A DNA stretch of 38,434 nucleotides. It comes from Octopus bimaculoides (lineage: Eukaryota). The position numbers were made by a program, and so were the translations under genes. The notes below the pieces were generated by a model that did no database searches, was not told the DNA's origin, and worked only from the letters and a program-made list of their open reading frames with translations. Of this stretch, positions 12,671 to 24,458 are shown piece after piece; position 1 is the first letter of the stretch, and each line of letters begins with the position of its first letter. The stretch spans positions 54,465,780 to 54,504,213 of the forward strand of contig NC_068992.1 in NCBI RefSeq assembly GCF_001194135.2, given 5' to 3'.

Positions 12671-13699
12671 AAAGATCTGTTTTAAATATAAAAGACAGAA
12701 CATTTCATTATAAGGCTATCGCGGTGCACACTTCTTTGATATAACATTTCCAAATTTGAATTTAAATAAGTGCCTATGTTTAAATAGTTAAGCTACTTTG
12801 AAAATATACAAATAAATGGGTAAATAAATAAATAAACACACGTTATAGAATAAGTTAAACCCAAAAGTAAAATAAAGAATAAGGTAAACATCATGTGTTC
12901 TGAGAAAACGAAGAATTTGTATGAAATAGAAAACAACGACTTTCAAACATAGACCTATTTCACATTGTATTTATACAGTCCTAAATACACATCGAAGACA
13001 ATATTATATGGAACATCTTTGATCATAATTTTATTTGATCAGGACTGACCTAAGGGTAAATAACAACACCAACAAACAACAGAAACGTCAAAAAAAAAAA
13101 CAAATATATTATATATTATTTTCAAACAAAGAGAAAAAATGGCGGTAACCCACAGAGAGTACTTCCTGGTTACGCTACTAAAATAAATCCAATGGAAAAA
13201 TAATTGCATTTCAAATCGTACAAATTAGTCATTTTTCTTATTCTATTAATTTTTTTTGTTTGTATTTTGTCATTTTCTTTACTTGTTGTTCCTATTTATT
13301 TCCTATTAACCTATATCCATCTACGTTTACAGATTGTATTAAGAAAATATTTAATGTAGATAACACATTCCTTGGCTAAAGCTACAGAAATTGTGACATT
13401 TAATAGTAAAATAATCTTATANNNNNNNNNNNNNNNNNNNNNNNNNNNNNNNNNNNNNNNNNNNNNNNNNNNNNNNNNNNNNNNNNNNNNNNNNNNNNNN
13501 NNNNNATATATATATATATATACACATACATACTTACATGCATACATACATACATATATACATACATTTATACATACATATCACCCACTTTCTGTGCTAT
13601 GTGTCAGTATGTGTGTGTGCATACACGTGTGTGCATACACGTGTGTGTCTTTGTTTGTATGTATTTATGTATATGTATGTGTGTATGTAAAATCAAACA

Positions 13700-13860
13700 T
13701 GACGAGGACGTTCACCAGTTTGCTTCGTAACAATAAAGCCTCGATTTCAATCCCACAGCAGAGCATTTTGATCGACTGTCTTTACTCTAAAATCGTGGTT
13801 TACTCAAGAATTCTGAATGAAATCGAGTAGAGGGAAACTGCATAGAAACCCATCGGATTA
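13700..13860 (+). mobile_element. SINE family A 5' half, highly degenerate
   Basis: CGATTTCAATCCCACAGCAGAGCATTTTG...GTAGAGGGGAAACTGCATAGAAACCCATCG resembles the family A B-box and core. Confidence 0.5.
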
Positions 13861-13928
13861 ACTGTAATTCTAATTAAAATGTTACAGCTTTGTCGTAGTA
13901 TTTCACTGATGTTACCTAAGAATTGCCT

Positions 13929-13965
13929 TAAGGGTACACGTGTCTGTGGAATACGCAGCCTCTTT
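13929..13965 (+). mobile_element. Short fragment of SINE family C body
   Basis: TTAAGGGTACACGTGTCTGTGGAAT resembles the reverse complement of about 21705-21740. Confidence 0.4.
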
Positions 13966-14173
13966 GTCTGGTAATTCCAATAAATTCAGTTGACCCAATG
14001 ACTGGAGCCTTAGACATTGAAGTCATTAGCTGCAATTCTTACAACGGTGTTTCTAGCGCTTTCTTCCGCTGTTTCTGTACTTCAACTCACTGTAGAGCAT
14101 GGCTTTGGGGATATTAGTATCTTTCATGTGAATTACGCCTCCTACCAAGTATAAATGTAATTTTAGTAAGAAA

Positions 14174-14600
14174 GATTCAATACTGGAGAATCTTTGCGAT
14201 CTACTTCACCACCTGATTACAGATGTCATATCGCTAAGAAATGTTCATTTTGAATTACGTAAATGACAGTGCATTAGCTTTTTGTTTTAACTACGATACA
14301 ATATGCGATTTGAAGTAAAGGTCTGCAGATAGGACAACTGCTTGGTAGAGATTGCATTTGTTTAAACGGCACTTGGCCTCGTTGTTTCCACAACCGATCA
14401 TAGAATTTCTCCAAAGATTGAGTGCAGTGAGTCACTTTCACATCCGAGCTGTTTCCATTAGAAATCCCACTTCCGAAATATGTAAACACATTTAACAAAT
14501 TTCGAGGATTATTCACTATCAGGATTATCTCAGATCCGTGTTCTGCCACTTTGGGTTCGGCCTGATACAAGACGTCGACCCTCTTTAGTAAGTGAGACGA
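14174..14600 (-). mobile_element. RTE-clade LINE reverse-transcriptase C-terminal remnant
   Basis: VLYQAEP...IIVNN...FTYFGSGISNGNSSDVKVTH...FYDRLWKQRG, then CHLR...NIS. Matches the RTE pattern MYQPAP...FTYLGS.IS...I..RI.KAS..FGRL...W...G and CLRxILxISW. Confidence 0.8.
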
Positions 14601-14716
14601 CGAAGACTGTCACTAGAGAAACAAAATGATGCATAATTATTTAGATAAACCTCCAGAGCAGTATTTCCCAAGCTATTTTCCCCCAGATCCCATGCATATA
14701 CATAATACATACATGC

Positions 14717-14775
<59 letters not shown>

Positions 14776-14805
14776 CTAAATATATTAGACATGTAAGTAT
14801 CTATA

Positions 14806-15648
14806 CGTGGTCTGATCAATAAGTATCCGGACTGCTGCCCAAGAAACAAAGCTAAGTAAAGCCACTTGACGCAGATTGACCAAAAACTCTGCTGTGCATG
14901 CGCACTTAGTTTTAACGTTCTACCTCACTTCCGCTGTTTACAGCAGTGCTTGAAAGGAAGCTGTGTAACGTGTGATCGTCGCATTGACCATGACAGGCAA
15001 GGTTGAGCAGAAGATCTGCATCGAATTTTGCCAAAAGCTTGGCGATACCTGCTCAGAGGCTTATGCAAAGTTTTCAAAAAGTTTTCATCGTTCTCGACAC
15101 AATCAAGATCTCATGCAACTGAAACCCGGGTGTCTTTTTGGTGAGCTGGAAGCAGTTTTGACACACACTTGCCAGACACGCATCTCGTATCCATATCTTT
15201 TGTGATAATGGACTGAAGTGAGCCGTAACTTATCTGCGCATATTCTGATAACTCACGGATGGTGATTCGACGATTTCCGCTGACAGCTGCACGCACATCT
15301 GCGATGCTTTTCCCAGTTCTACTGGTTGCGGCCATCTTGAAAGCATCTGAACCACTCATACACTTGTGTGCGGCTCATACACCCCACTCCCATACACTTT
15401 CTACAACTTTACGTAGGCCTCTGGGCAGGTATCACCATGACAGCTTTCTCTCATGGTCAATGCGACGATCACATGCTACACACGTTCCTTCCAAACATTA
15501 CTGTAAGCAGCAAAATTGAGCTAGAAAGTTAAAACTTAGTCTGCATGCATAGAAGTATTCAAGGTCAGTCTTGACCAAGCGGCTTCATTCTGCATGCTCT
15601 AGCTTTATTACTTTGGCAACAGCCTCGATACTTATTGATCAGACCTCG
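14806..15648. mobile_element. Rearranged mariner element made of two inverted 5' ends (fold-back)
   Basis: TA flanks at 14804-05 and 15649-50. 29-bp TIRs match at 25/29 (CGTGGTCTGATCAATAAGTATCCGGACTG). The plus arm encodes MTGKVEQKICIEFCQKLGDTCSEAYAK; the minus arm encodes RITIRELSEYAQISYGSLQSIITKDM...QKDTRVSVA...ENDENFLKT. Confidence 0.9.
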
Positions 15649-15659
15649 TATAAATAAAA

Positions 15660-15661
15660 GA

Positions 15662-15718
<57 letters not shown>

Positions 15719-16070
15719 GAGAGAGAGAGAAAGAGATAGATAGATAGATATACATATATATNNNNNNNNNNNNNNNNNNNNNNNNNNNNNNNNNNNNNNN
15801 NNNNNNNNNNNNNNNNNNNNNNNNNNNNNNNNNNNNNNNNNNNATATATATATATATATATAAATGTATGTGTATATATATATGTATAAGAACATATATA
15901 TGTATATAGATACATGCCTGTGTATAATTGTTTTCATATGAATATATACGTGTGTGTGTGTGCATGTGTGTGTATATATACATGTGTGTATGCGTGTGTG
16001 CATATATGTGCGTGTATGCGTGTGTGTGTGTGTGCGTGTATGTGTGTGTGTGTGTGTGTGTGTATTCATG
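15660..16070. repeat. (TA)n(GA)n(GATA)n, gap, TA/TG low complexity
   Basis: Visible directly. Confidence 0.9.
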
Positions 16071-16616
16071 TGTACACGTAAGCATAGTTTCAATGACTTC
16101 TTGACCATCATACAGAAACATTTCCTCAAAGACAACCCCTTTGGCACTTCAGCAGACCATTTCTAGCATAAAATGTCTCTTTGGCGTGTATTATTTTAGG
16201 TGCTTCAAAGAAAATCTTTATTCTATTTATTTTATTTGTTTTGTTTCCATTGGAGTGGGTGGCCATATAAAATATCATACTGACGTATTTTGATTCCTTT
16301 ATTCAATTTATCAAACAAAAATGGCGAACAGATATATACCGATTCTGTTGGGTTTTTGCTTTGTATTTGTTTTGTTTTGTTGTTTCTTTTTTGTTTTTTA
16401 TCATTTTTTTTCTCTATAAAGGAAAAGAAAAAGTGCAGAATGTGTATTGAACTAATAAGATGATTTTTATGGGCATTAACAACGTCTGTGACATTATTTC
16501 TCCGATTCGCGTTTAATGTCAACCTTGTGAGGTATTTATTTATGCATGAATTTGTTACAGCAACATTAATTTGGCGTGTAGCATCGGAGTGACATCTGCT
16601 GATAACGTCAACATTA

Positions 16617-16618
<2 letters not shown>

Positions 16619-16665
<47 letters not shown>

Positions 16666-16692
16666 GTGTGTGCATGTGTGTATGTACAGCTG

Positions 16693-16758
<66 letters not shown>

Positions 16759-16800
16759 CAGATAGATAGATGTATACATATATGTATATATATATATGTA
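16619..16800. repeat. (TG)n and (GATA)n microsatellites
   Basis: Visible directly. Confidence 0.95.
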
Positions 16801-16862
16801 CATGGCACTTTTCCAACCATCACCACGGAAATCAGAGAAGGAAGAACAAGTTAAGCTCCACA

Positions 16863-16973
16863 CAATGCAGAGCAGCCAAGCTCCAGCCAGGCGGCGCTAC
16901 TGAAATTAGATAAATAACCTTCGAACAGACAGTCAGTAGCGCCGCCTGGCTGGAGCTTGGCTGCTCTGCATTG
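16863..16973. repeat. Perfect 41-bp inverted repeat with 29-nt spacer
   Basis: 16863-16903 CAATGCAGAGCAGCCAAGCTCCAGCCAGGCGGCGCTACTGA is the exact reverse complement of 16933-16973. Confidence 0.97.
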
Positions 16974-17287
16974 ACAAGGGGCAACACCCTGAAACTAGTC
17001 TAGTCTGCAGATGTCAAACCAGCAAGGGTAAGCTGCTGACCTCCCCTGTTCGAAGGTTATAAAGGACACAGGTTTCGTGTGTCACATAGCTAGCTAGAGG
17101 CGATGGCTTCTTGGAGCTAATTCACGGCAGCTTTCGTCCTAATTTTGGGACTGCCATGTTAGCTTGGCGATAACTATTANNNNNNNNNNNNNNNNNNNNN
17201 NNNNNNNNNNNNNNNNNNNNNNNNNNNNNNNNNNNNNNNNNNNNNNNNNNNNNNNNNNNNNNNNNNNNNNNNNNNNNNNNNNNNNNN

Positions 17288-17322
<35 letters not shown>

Positions 17323-18145
17323 GCATATATATACAGAGCAACTAATTCCTCCTAAGCGATACCTACCGCCTTAAAAAACAGAAGAGCAACTTTGAAAGCG
17401 CACATAAAAAAAAAACGAATGAAATACTTCCAGCCATGGTTCTTTTCGCCTTAATAGAAGTAGCGACCAAATCTGCAAAATCAAATTGAACTGTCATCAA
17501 AATGAAGGACATTTTGGATAATGTAATCGTAGATAGACAAAAAAAATTGGAAGGTCACTCGCTGGGGCATAGACGTACACGGTGACCTAGCGCTGTTGAC
17601 CTAGAGCTAAAGAAAATAACAACAAAAGCCGCAAATGTTGAGAAACTCATATTTCCTTTTCTTCGATATTAATGTTTCACTCAAAGAACCGATTCTTCTG
17701 AACGTTCATAAAACGGTGTCTTAGAGATGGAGCTTATACATCGTCCATTCAGACCAAGTGGCGGCATTCAGACCTTCCATTTAATTCGTTTCAATAGAAG
17801 CAGAATAAGATTTTATTTAATATTGGATTCTTTAGAGAACAAACAAAAATTCTGAGCACACTAACGATACAGTACAATGATCTTCAGTAGAGGAATTAAA
17901 CATTAATAAACCTAAAACAGAGAGGTGCATTATACAGGAGTGTGTGCTTGTGTGTGATTGAGTGTGGGTACGACCGTATCTTTGAGTCTGTATGCATACG
18001 TGTGTGTGTGTATTTGCATTTGTGTACATGGTGTTGTTGTTGTTGTTGCTACTGCTGCCGCTGCTGCTGTTATTGTTGCTGTTCTTGTTCAGCCTGTTGT
18101 TTTGTGTGTTAGAGATGCAACTGTTTTTTTTTTCTTTTTTGACAG

Positions 18146-18194
18146 GAAGAAAAGGCAATGTCCATTATCCGTTCTTAGGACCTTCGAAACCGAT
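18146..18194 (+). CDS. Candidate 49-nt exon, product unknown
   Basis: Strong acceptor (T-run)GACAG and donor GAT|GTAAGA. Two frames are open: GRKGNVHYPFLGPSKP or KKRQCPLSVLRTFETD. Confidence 0.25.
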
Positions 18195-18330
18195 GTAAGA
18201 AGAAAGAGAGCTGTCCTCAAGGCAGAGGTCTGATTCGAATGCCTGAGACAGGCATATACACATAGTTTCCTCGAATATTAACAGGAGATTATATATGCAT
18301 ATGTTTGTATATCTATACACATATACTCAC

Positions 18331-18442
<112 letters not shown>

Positions 18443-18984
18443 GAGAAATTACACAAAATGTATAAGTAGATGATGAATAAAGCACCGGCACAGTTTCGAT
18501 TACCTGTTGTTATCCGTAGATTTATTGTAGGAACTTCGTAGTGGCGGTTGAGGTAACAGTATTAATAAAGTAGATGAAATGAGTAAAAGATTTTATTTAG
18601 TACGACATATGCATATATTCGTACAAGTATGTGCATACCTACATCTACCTGTATATATAGGTGCATATCTGGGTACAGGACGTTGCAAACAAAACGTAGA
18701 CAAAAAATAATAATAACCAGAGTACAGAAAACACACAGGCCACATAGAGAACGTTTTCCTTCATCAGCTGCCACCATTCTAACACAGGCGTTTCGAAGAG
18801 TTAGGGCAGNNNNNNNNNNNNNNNNNNNNNNNNNNNNNNNNNNNNNNNNNNNNNNNNNNNNNNNNNNNNNNNNNNNNNNNNNNNNNNNNNNNNNNNNNNN
18901 NNNNNNNNNNNNNNNNNNNNNNNNNNNNNNNNNNNNNNNNNNNNNNNNNNNNNNNNNNNNNNNNNNNNNNNNNNNNNNNNNNNN

Positions 18985-19019
<35 letters not shown>

Positions 19020-19269
19020 TATACGCATATATATACATATATAGAGAGAGAAAGAGAAAGAGAGAAAGTGAGAGAGAGAGAAGAGAGAGAGGGGGCGGAC
19101 AGACAGGCAGATAAATATGTAGAAAGATTTATGACAGTGTAACAAGAATTTTGACCGACAGTATTAACAAACCAGCAATTGGAAAAGTTACTTGATTCGA
19201 GTAGATCACCATGTGTGTGCCTGTGTGTCTGTGTGTGTATCTATATAAAGAAAAAAAAGTACTTCTTGT

Positions 19270-19430
19270 GCCGTACGCTCATAAGGTCAGTTTCCCGGAT
19301 TGTGTAGAGTGTATATTCCTCCCCAATCTCTGGACAGAGGATCCGTCGTAGGGGGAATAATTTTGTCAACGGGAGCAACGTAATGTTAAGTATTTTTCTC
19401 AAGAACACGACGCTTCTAGGATCACACTAT
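19270..19430 (-). mobile_element. Degenerate SINE related to family C
   Basis: Reverse complement TTGAGAAAAATACTTAACATTACGTTGCTCCCGTTGAC resembles the TTGAGCATGACACTTAATTGTGCATTGCTCCAGTCCAC segment of the 21624 copy. Confidence 0.4.
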
Positions 19431-19439
19431 CTAATATTT

Positions 19440-20790
19440 TCGGGGTTGATAATGAATCAATGAAAGCCTACCATCTTAAAACTCATATTAGAGTTAAACA
19501 TCCAAGTAATGTCAATTCGATATTGACATATTTTGAAACTCTCGAAGCCGTGTTCGAAAATAGATAAATAAAAGAAACATTTCGCTGTTCACAAACTACA
19601 GCCTTGAATCATACCTTTCATGCAAACTATAAAATTTCTCTGCTTATAAGAAAACACACTAAGAATCATATGATTCTCATATTATTTGTTGTATCTGTTT
19701 TTCTCGACAAAGTTTCTGCCAAAGGGCGACAAAGTTGTCCAAACAATGTCATTGAATTATATAACAAACAAGAACAAAATAGATGACATGGAGAAAGATG
19801 CTGCGAAACAACTTATTGAGAAATTGAAATCATGAAATTTCTCAATATAAATGGATAAATCTATTATGCGAGATTGGGAAGCTTTAATATTTGATGGATG
19901 TAAAATAAGCTTTCTAGGAATATTTTCAAGATTTTTGCTAATCACTAAAAACAGTCAGTTCTGCAGTTGACATCAATAGCAAATTCAGTGATTATGTGAG
20001 CAAATGATGAAATATCAAAACCCAACATGGGATCATGTTTTGTAGATAGTACTCCTGCTATGAAAAATGAAAATACAGGATGTTTAAACTGATGGCTGTT
20101 GACAATCTAATATTGTGATATATTAATTTTGATACTAGCCGAGAAAACGTTTTTGCAAAAAGCATTTCTCCTGGACAGCATGAGATACTGCATCCTGTAA
20201 TTAAACGCATCAGTTCCATCAGAGCGAATGCCTGTTCATGAAGCTTTGTGAAGACAAAAATGCTGAACGTTTTTAATTAATGCTTAATTAATATGGGATT
20301 AGGACCTCACACTGAAAATAGGACGAGTATCAAAGGGAATCTGCATCAGGAATTTATAGAATTTTTTTTTTACCTTCTCAGTGAGCTTCTAATGGACAAA
20401 CTTGAAGTGAATCACCTGTTGACAACAGACGACAAAGCTTAAGTGAACATTTTGACAGACATTTTTAAGGAACTTTGTTTTTTAAACAAGCAAATCCAAG
20501 AAGTCAACGTGTCGGTCTTTGATGCAAACTCAAAGATATCTGAACTGGTGACGTTTATGCATGAATTTAGCAATTTCTCTTGGTTGAAAACATGGGAAGA
20601 AACTAACGCAGCAAAGAATGCCATCATGGATCACTTGGAAATGTTGGTTAATTATTTCAATCTGAAAGCAATGGAGATCGCATGTCAGTTGATTCAGCCA
20701 TTTCTGGAGAATTTATCTGAAGTGCTTATGCTATACCAAGGGAAGTTACTCAAAATACCAGATACATCTATGAAAACTCCAAAATTAAAC
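19440..20790 (+). mobile_element. Degraded hAT transposase, Buster/Charlie (ZBED5/SCAND3-like) group
   Basis: DNESMKAYHLKTHIRVKHP (BED-finger end), IDDMEKDAAKQLIEKLKS*NFSI*MDKS (for FSIQLDES), VDSTPAM (for DGAPAM), HTE...VSKG (for HTEVRWLSKG), LTDIFKELCFLNKQIQ. Many stops and frameshifts; TIRs not found. Confidence 0.85.
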
Positions 20791-21087
20791 GAATTAAAAT
20801 CTGGGAAGAATGACGAAACCAAGGAAGATCGAAATCACGTGATCTGGTGGTCTCAGCACAATAGATGGCGGGGATTTATCTTCCAACTTGCGATATAAAC
20901 AAGAGTGCATGTTGCACCAAAAGCCAATATGAGTTTTCTCCCGTGGTATTTACCGCAGTATAGTTTGTTCTAACAGAACATCCGTGTTAAAGTGTGGATA
21001 AATATTAGCTCACGGTATTAATACTGCCTCTGTTTCTAGTATATATTTGATCACTATAAACAAATCATCAGTGCAGACCCTCATCTG

Positions 21088-21224
21088 TCATCTCTGCAAC
21101 AGGGAAGTCATGCTTTCCCTTGCAAGAGTTTCGTCTAAAGACGACTTGCTCCCATCATATATATCAAAGCTAGTGTATTGTAACGAGCTCTTTTCATTCT
21201 TAACGGATTCGGCGATAAAGAAAT
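21088..21224 (-). CDS. Candidate terminal exon (FFIAESVKNEKSSLQYTSFDIYDGSKSSLDETLARESMTSLLQR*), product unknown
   Basis: Acceptor TTTACTTTAG, 44 open codons to TGA, phase-compatible with the candidate exon at 22370-22470. Confidence 0.2.
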
Positions 21225-21489
21225 CTAAAGTAAATCATTTGATATAATTAAGAAAAGAAAAGTTGTAAATGTTATTAGATTTGAAACATATCTTTAAGCA
21301 ATTAGAACAAAGCCATAGAATGTAAAGATAACAGTGATGAAATAATCACTTATTTTTTGCACTCAGTAACTATTATGTTCAACACGGTTTGTGATTAGTA
21401 CAATGCTAGATGCTGAAAATAGAAATTATTCATTACGTATGATTGCGTATGTATGTGTGTGTAAATGCATATACATATATGTATATATA

Positions 21490-21514
21490 TATAGATAGAT
21501 AGATACATAGATAC

Positions 21515-21569
<55 letters not shown>

Positions 21570-21620
21570 TGCATACATACATACACATATACTGCTACTG
21601 CTGCTGCTACTACTACAACT
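21490..21620. repeat. (GATA)n followed by (CTG/CTA)n
   Basis: Visible directly. Confidence 0.9.
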
Positions 21621-21623
21621 AGG

Positions 21624-21939
21624 ACTCCATCGGTTTCGAGGTCGCGGGTTCCAGTTGCTCTGATCAATGGAACAGCTAAGCTTGCTCGTGAAATGAACGT
21701 GAAAGTGGGTGAGCACTCCACAAACACGTTTAACCTTTAACGTAGTTCTCAGGGAGATTCAGCATGACACAGAATATCAAAAGGGTGGTACTTTGAAATA
21801 CAGATACTACTCGTTTTTGCCAGCTGAGTGGACTGGAGCAATGCACAATTAAGTGTCATGCTCAAGGACGCAACGCGTCACCGAGAATTGATCTCACAGC
21901 CTCATGAGGCTGATTACATAACCACTAAGCCTACGCGCC
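21624..21939 (-). mobile_element. tRNA-derived SINE family C, full length
   Basis: Reverse complement starts GGCGCGTAGGCTTAGTGGTT (A-box-like), has GTGAGATCAATTCTC (B-box-like) and a central GTCCTTGAGCATGACACTTAA...TTGCTCCAGTCCACTCAGCTG resembling conserved central SINE domains (CORE/Meta-type; not assigned). Confidence 0.85.
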
Positions 21940-22369
21940 ACTACTTATACATATGTATTTNNNNNNNNNNNNNNNNNNNNNNNNNNNNNNNNNNNNNNNN
22001 NNNNNNNNNNNNNNNNNNNNNTATATATATATATATATATTTGATTTTTGTGTGTGTGTGTGTACTACGATTGCTGAGTTTGGTTACAACTAAAACTTTG
22101 GCTTGAACTGCAAATGAGAATTGTAGTGCTGAGAATGCCTATTAAGGCGGCTAGAAGTGGTTTCTCCTTGAGCAGATCGGTATGGATTAAAATGAAAAAT
22201 GAAAAAGCATGACTGTTATTTTTCTTCTTTTATCTTTTACTTCTTTTAGTCACTGCTTTCAATGCTTATTCAGATGAAAGAAGAAAGGGTCAGTCAACAC
22301 ATTTAGGAAGACTTACGAGTTATATTATTATTTAAAACATGTTGACTCGACCCCATTTAACGATCTTAC

Positions 22370-22470
22370 AAATTTTTAAGCTGCATGGAACCGAATCAAA
22401 CTGTTTATATATATATATGTTGCAAAGGTGTGAAACTAGACTGTCCATGATCTGAGTAAAGGACTCGGTA
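22370..22470 (-). CDS. Candidate internal exon (TESFTQIMDSLVSHLCNIYIYKQFDSVPCSLKI), product unknown
   Basis: Acceptor CACTGTTTCTCTCTAG and donor ATTT|GTAAGA. 101 nt open; the internal (AT)6 tract is 12 nt and keeps the frame. Confidence 0.3.
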
Positions 22471-23159
22471 CTAGAGAGAAACAGTGAATGTATAATATAT
22501 TACATATTTAGTTTAATCTCACAATTCAAAAATTGCTGCAACTCTTCTACTTAATAGGCGGAAAAGAAAAATTTTATATAGAAAAAAAAAGAGAATGGAA
22601 TAAATACTAATTTTGAAGCAAGACAAATTGAATCGAAATAAAGGGATGTAGGAATATAAAGAGTAAATGTAATTGCATTGAAGTTAGTATTTTTACAGAG
22701 AAAAAATCTGTAGTAGTAATGACGAATTGACGCTCACTGGAAAGTGAATTTAAATTTGAAACAGTTAACAAAGTACGTTTCTAGACACGAATGGAAGGAG
22801 CTTGGTGAAGCTATTTTCATTCTAAACTGAAGTTTACGTCATAAGTATTAGAAGTAAATTTATATTGAATTAGATATACACAGAGGTTAAATATTTCATG
22901 TACGAAACATATGCACCAGTATGATTGTAAAAGAGTATTATAGCGTCATACACATAACATTTTTTTAAAAATTTTATTTAAAAACTAGTTGTTGAAATTC
23001 AACGAAATTTCCACAGAAGGATGGCAACAGTTATATGTGCGAGAGGTGTAACAAACATGACGTTTTGCGCAAGTGTAAAGAAATCGCGATCAATTACATG
23101 ATTCCCACGAACTTTCACTGTTCCATATTATTAATGAGTGGTCTGATAATCGTGTAATT

Positions 23160-23600
23160 ATGGGTCGTAAATGTGATTTAACTGCTTCAGAGAAATCTGT
23201 TATTATTTCTGAACTTGCAAAAGATAAATAAACATTAGGAATATCTAATATAATTGGAAGATATCACCAAAATGTGAAAACATTTGTTACAGTTCTTACG
23301 AAGATACGTAAGAGATCCGACAGGGGTTAGTCGAGGGCTTTGTCTCAACGTTCTCTCTCGTGAATTAAGCGTGAAGCTGTAAAGAACCCAGGTCTTACAA
23401 GTGGAGAACATTTCAAGCGCATTGGCAACACAACTGTGTCCAGAACTACCCGATGTCGTCTTCTGAATAAGCTCGGTAAGCCAGGGATATCAGTTAAAAG
23501 GCATCCTTTATACATAATACACATACAAAATCGTCTGAAATGGACAGAAGATAACATGAAGGTTGACTTTTCAAAACTTTTGTTTACGGACAAAACTCGT
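23160..23600 (+). mobile_element. Tc1-like transposase pseudogene, N-terminal half
   Basis: MGRKCDLTASEKSVII...RKRSDRG...IKREAVKNPGLTS...TVSRTTRCRLL...NRLKWTEDNMKVDFSKLLFTDKTR (for F.SDE.K). Internal stops; truncated at the first catalytic D. Confidence 0.85.
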
Positions 23601-23759
23601 GTGTGTGTGATGCTTCTGTCCGGCATTCGACATGATAGATCGCTGACCACTACATTTATATTTTTTCTCCTTGTTTCTCTCTTTATTTCTTTCTGTGTTC
23701 CTTTCAGTTGAAGAGCGTAACACGAAATGTCAAAGACTTTCTCTATTCTCGAGCTTTAA

Positions 23760-23812
23760 ACTATATGTATATATATATATATATATTTCGTAATTTTTAC
23801 TTTCAATAAATT

Positions 23813-23860
<48 letters not shown>

Positions 23861-23974
23861 TATATACAATATGTATATATGCACATATATATGCGTGGGT
23901 TGTGTGTGTGTGTGTGCGAGCGATTGTCAGTGTGCGTGTCGGTGTGTATATATAAGCACATGCATTTATAAATA

Positions 23975-24013
<39 letters not shown>

Positions 24014-24110
24014 GCACACACACACACANNNNNNNNNNNNNNNNNNNNNNNNNNNNNNNNNNNNNNNNNNNNNNNNNNNNNNNNNNNNNNNNNNNNNNNN
24101 NNNNNNNNNN

Positions 24111-24188
<78 letters not shown>

Positions 24189-24215
24189 CATGTATGTATG
24201 TATGTATGTATGTAT
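23760..24215. repeat. (TA)n/(CA)n/(TG)n arrays around gap 24029-24110
   Basis: Visible directly. Confidence 0.9.
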
Positions 24216-24458
24216 AGCGTCATACCAAAGTACTGGTTTTTAATCAGTAGTTACATCAATCTAAATGTCTGTTTAGTGAAGTTATGCTTAGGGACACAGA
24301 CGAAGGAAATTCGGTTAATTAATCATTTGAATATTTAATAGAGTCGGTTAAATCTTCTCGGTATAGCTTGTGAGTTAGGGGAGATAATAATAAGAATTTT
24401 GCATTAAGAAAAACAATTACAGGTTTGTTACGGAAACCAACATACACATAAAATACAC

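Noticed and set aside
13135-13172. AAAATGGCGG (YY1-like) and ACTTCCTG (ETS-like) as a possible promoter or first exon
   Set aside because: Short motifs with no CpG-rich context or other support.
11131-16811. CATGGCACTTT occurs right after GATA/TA arrays at 11131 and 16801
   Set aside because: Only 11 bp are shared and the downstream sequences are unrelated.
20834-20872. Palindromic E-box ATCACGTGAT plus AGATGGCGG (YY1-like)
   Set aside because: Short motifs are expected by chance in 38 kb, and they sit at a TE boundary.
22615-22830. Faint resemblance to a LINE APE endonuclease N-terminus
   Set aside because: Too degenerate to support a call.
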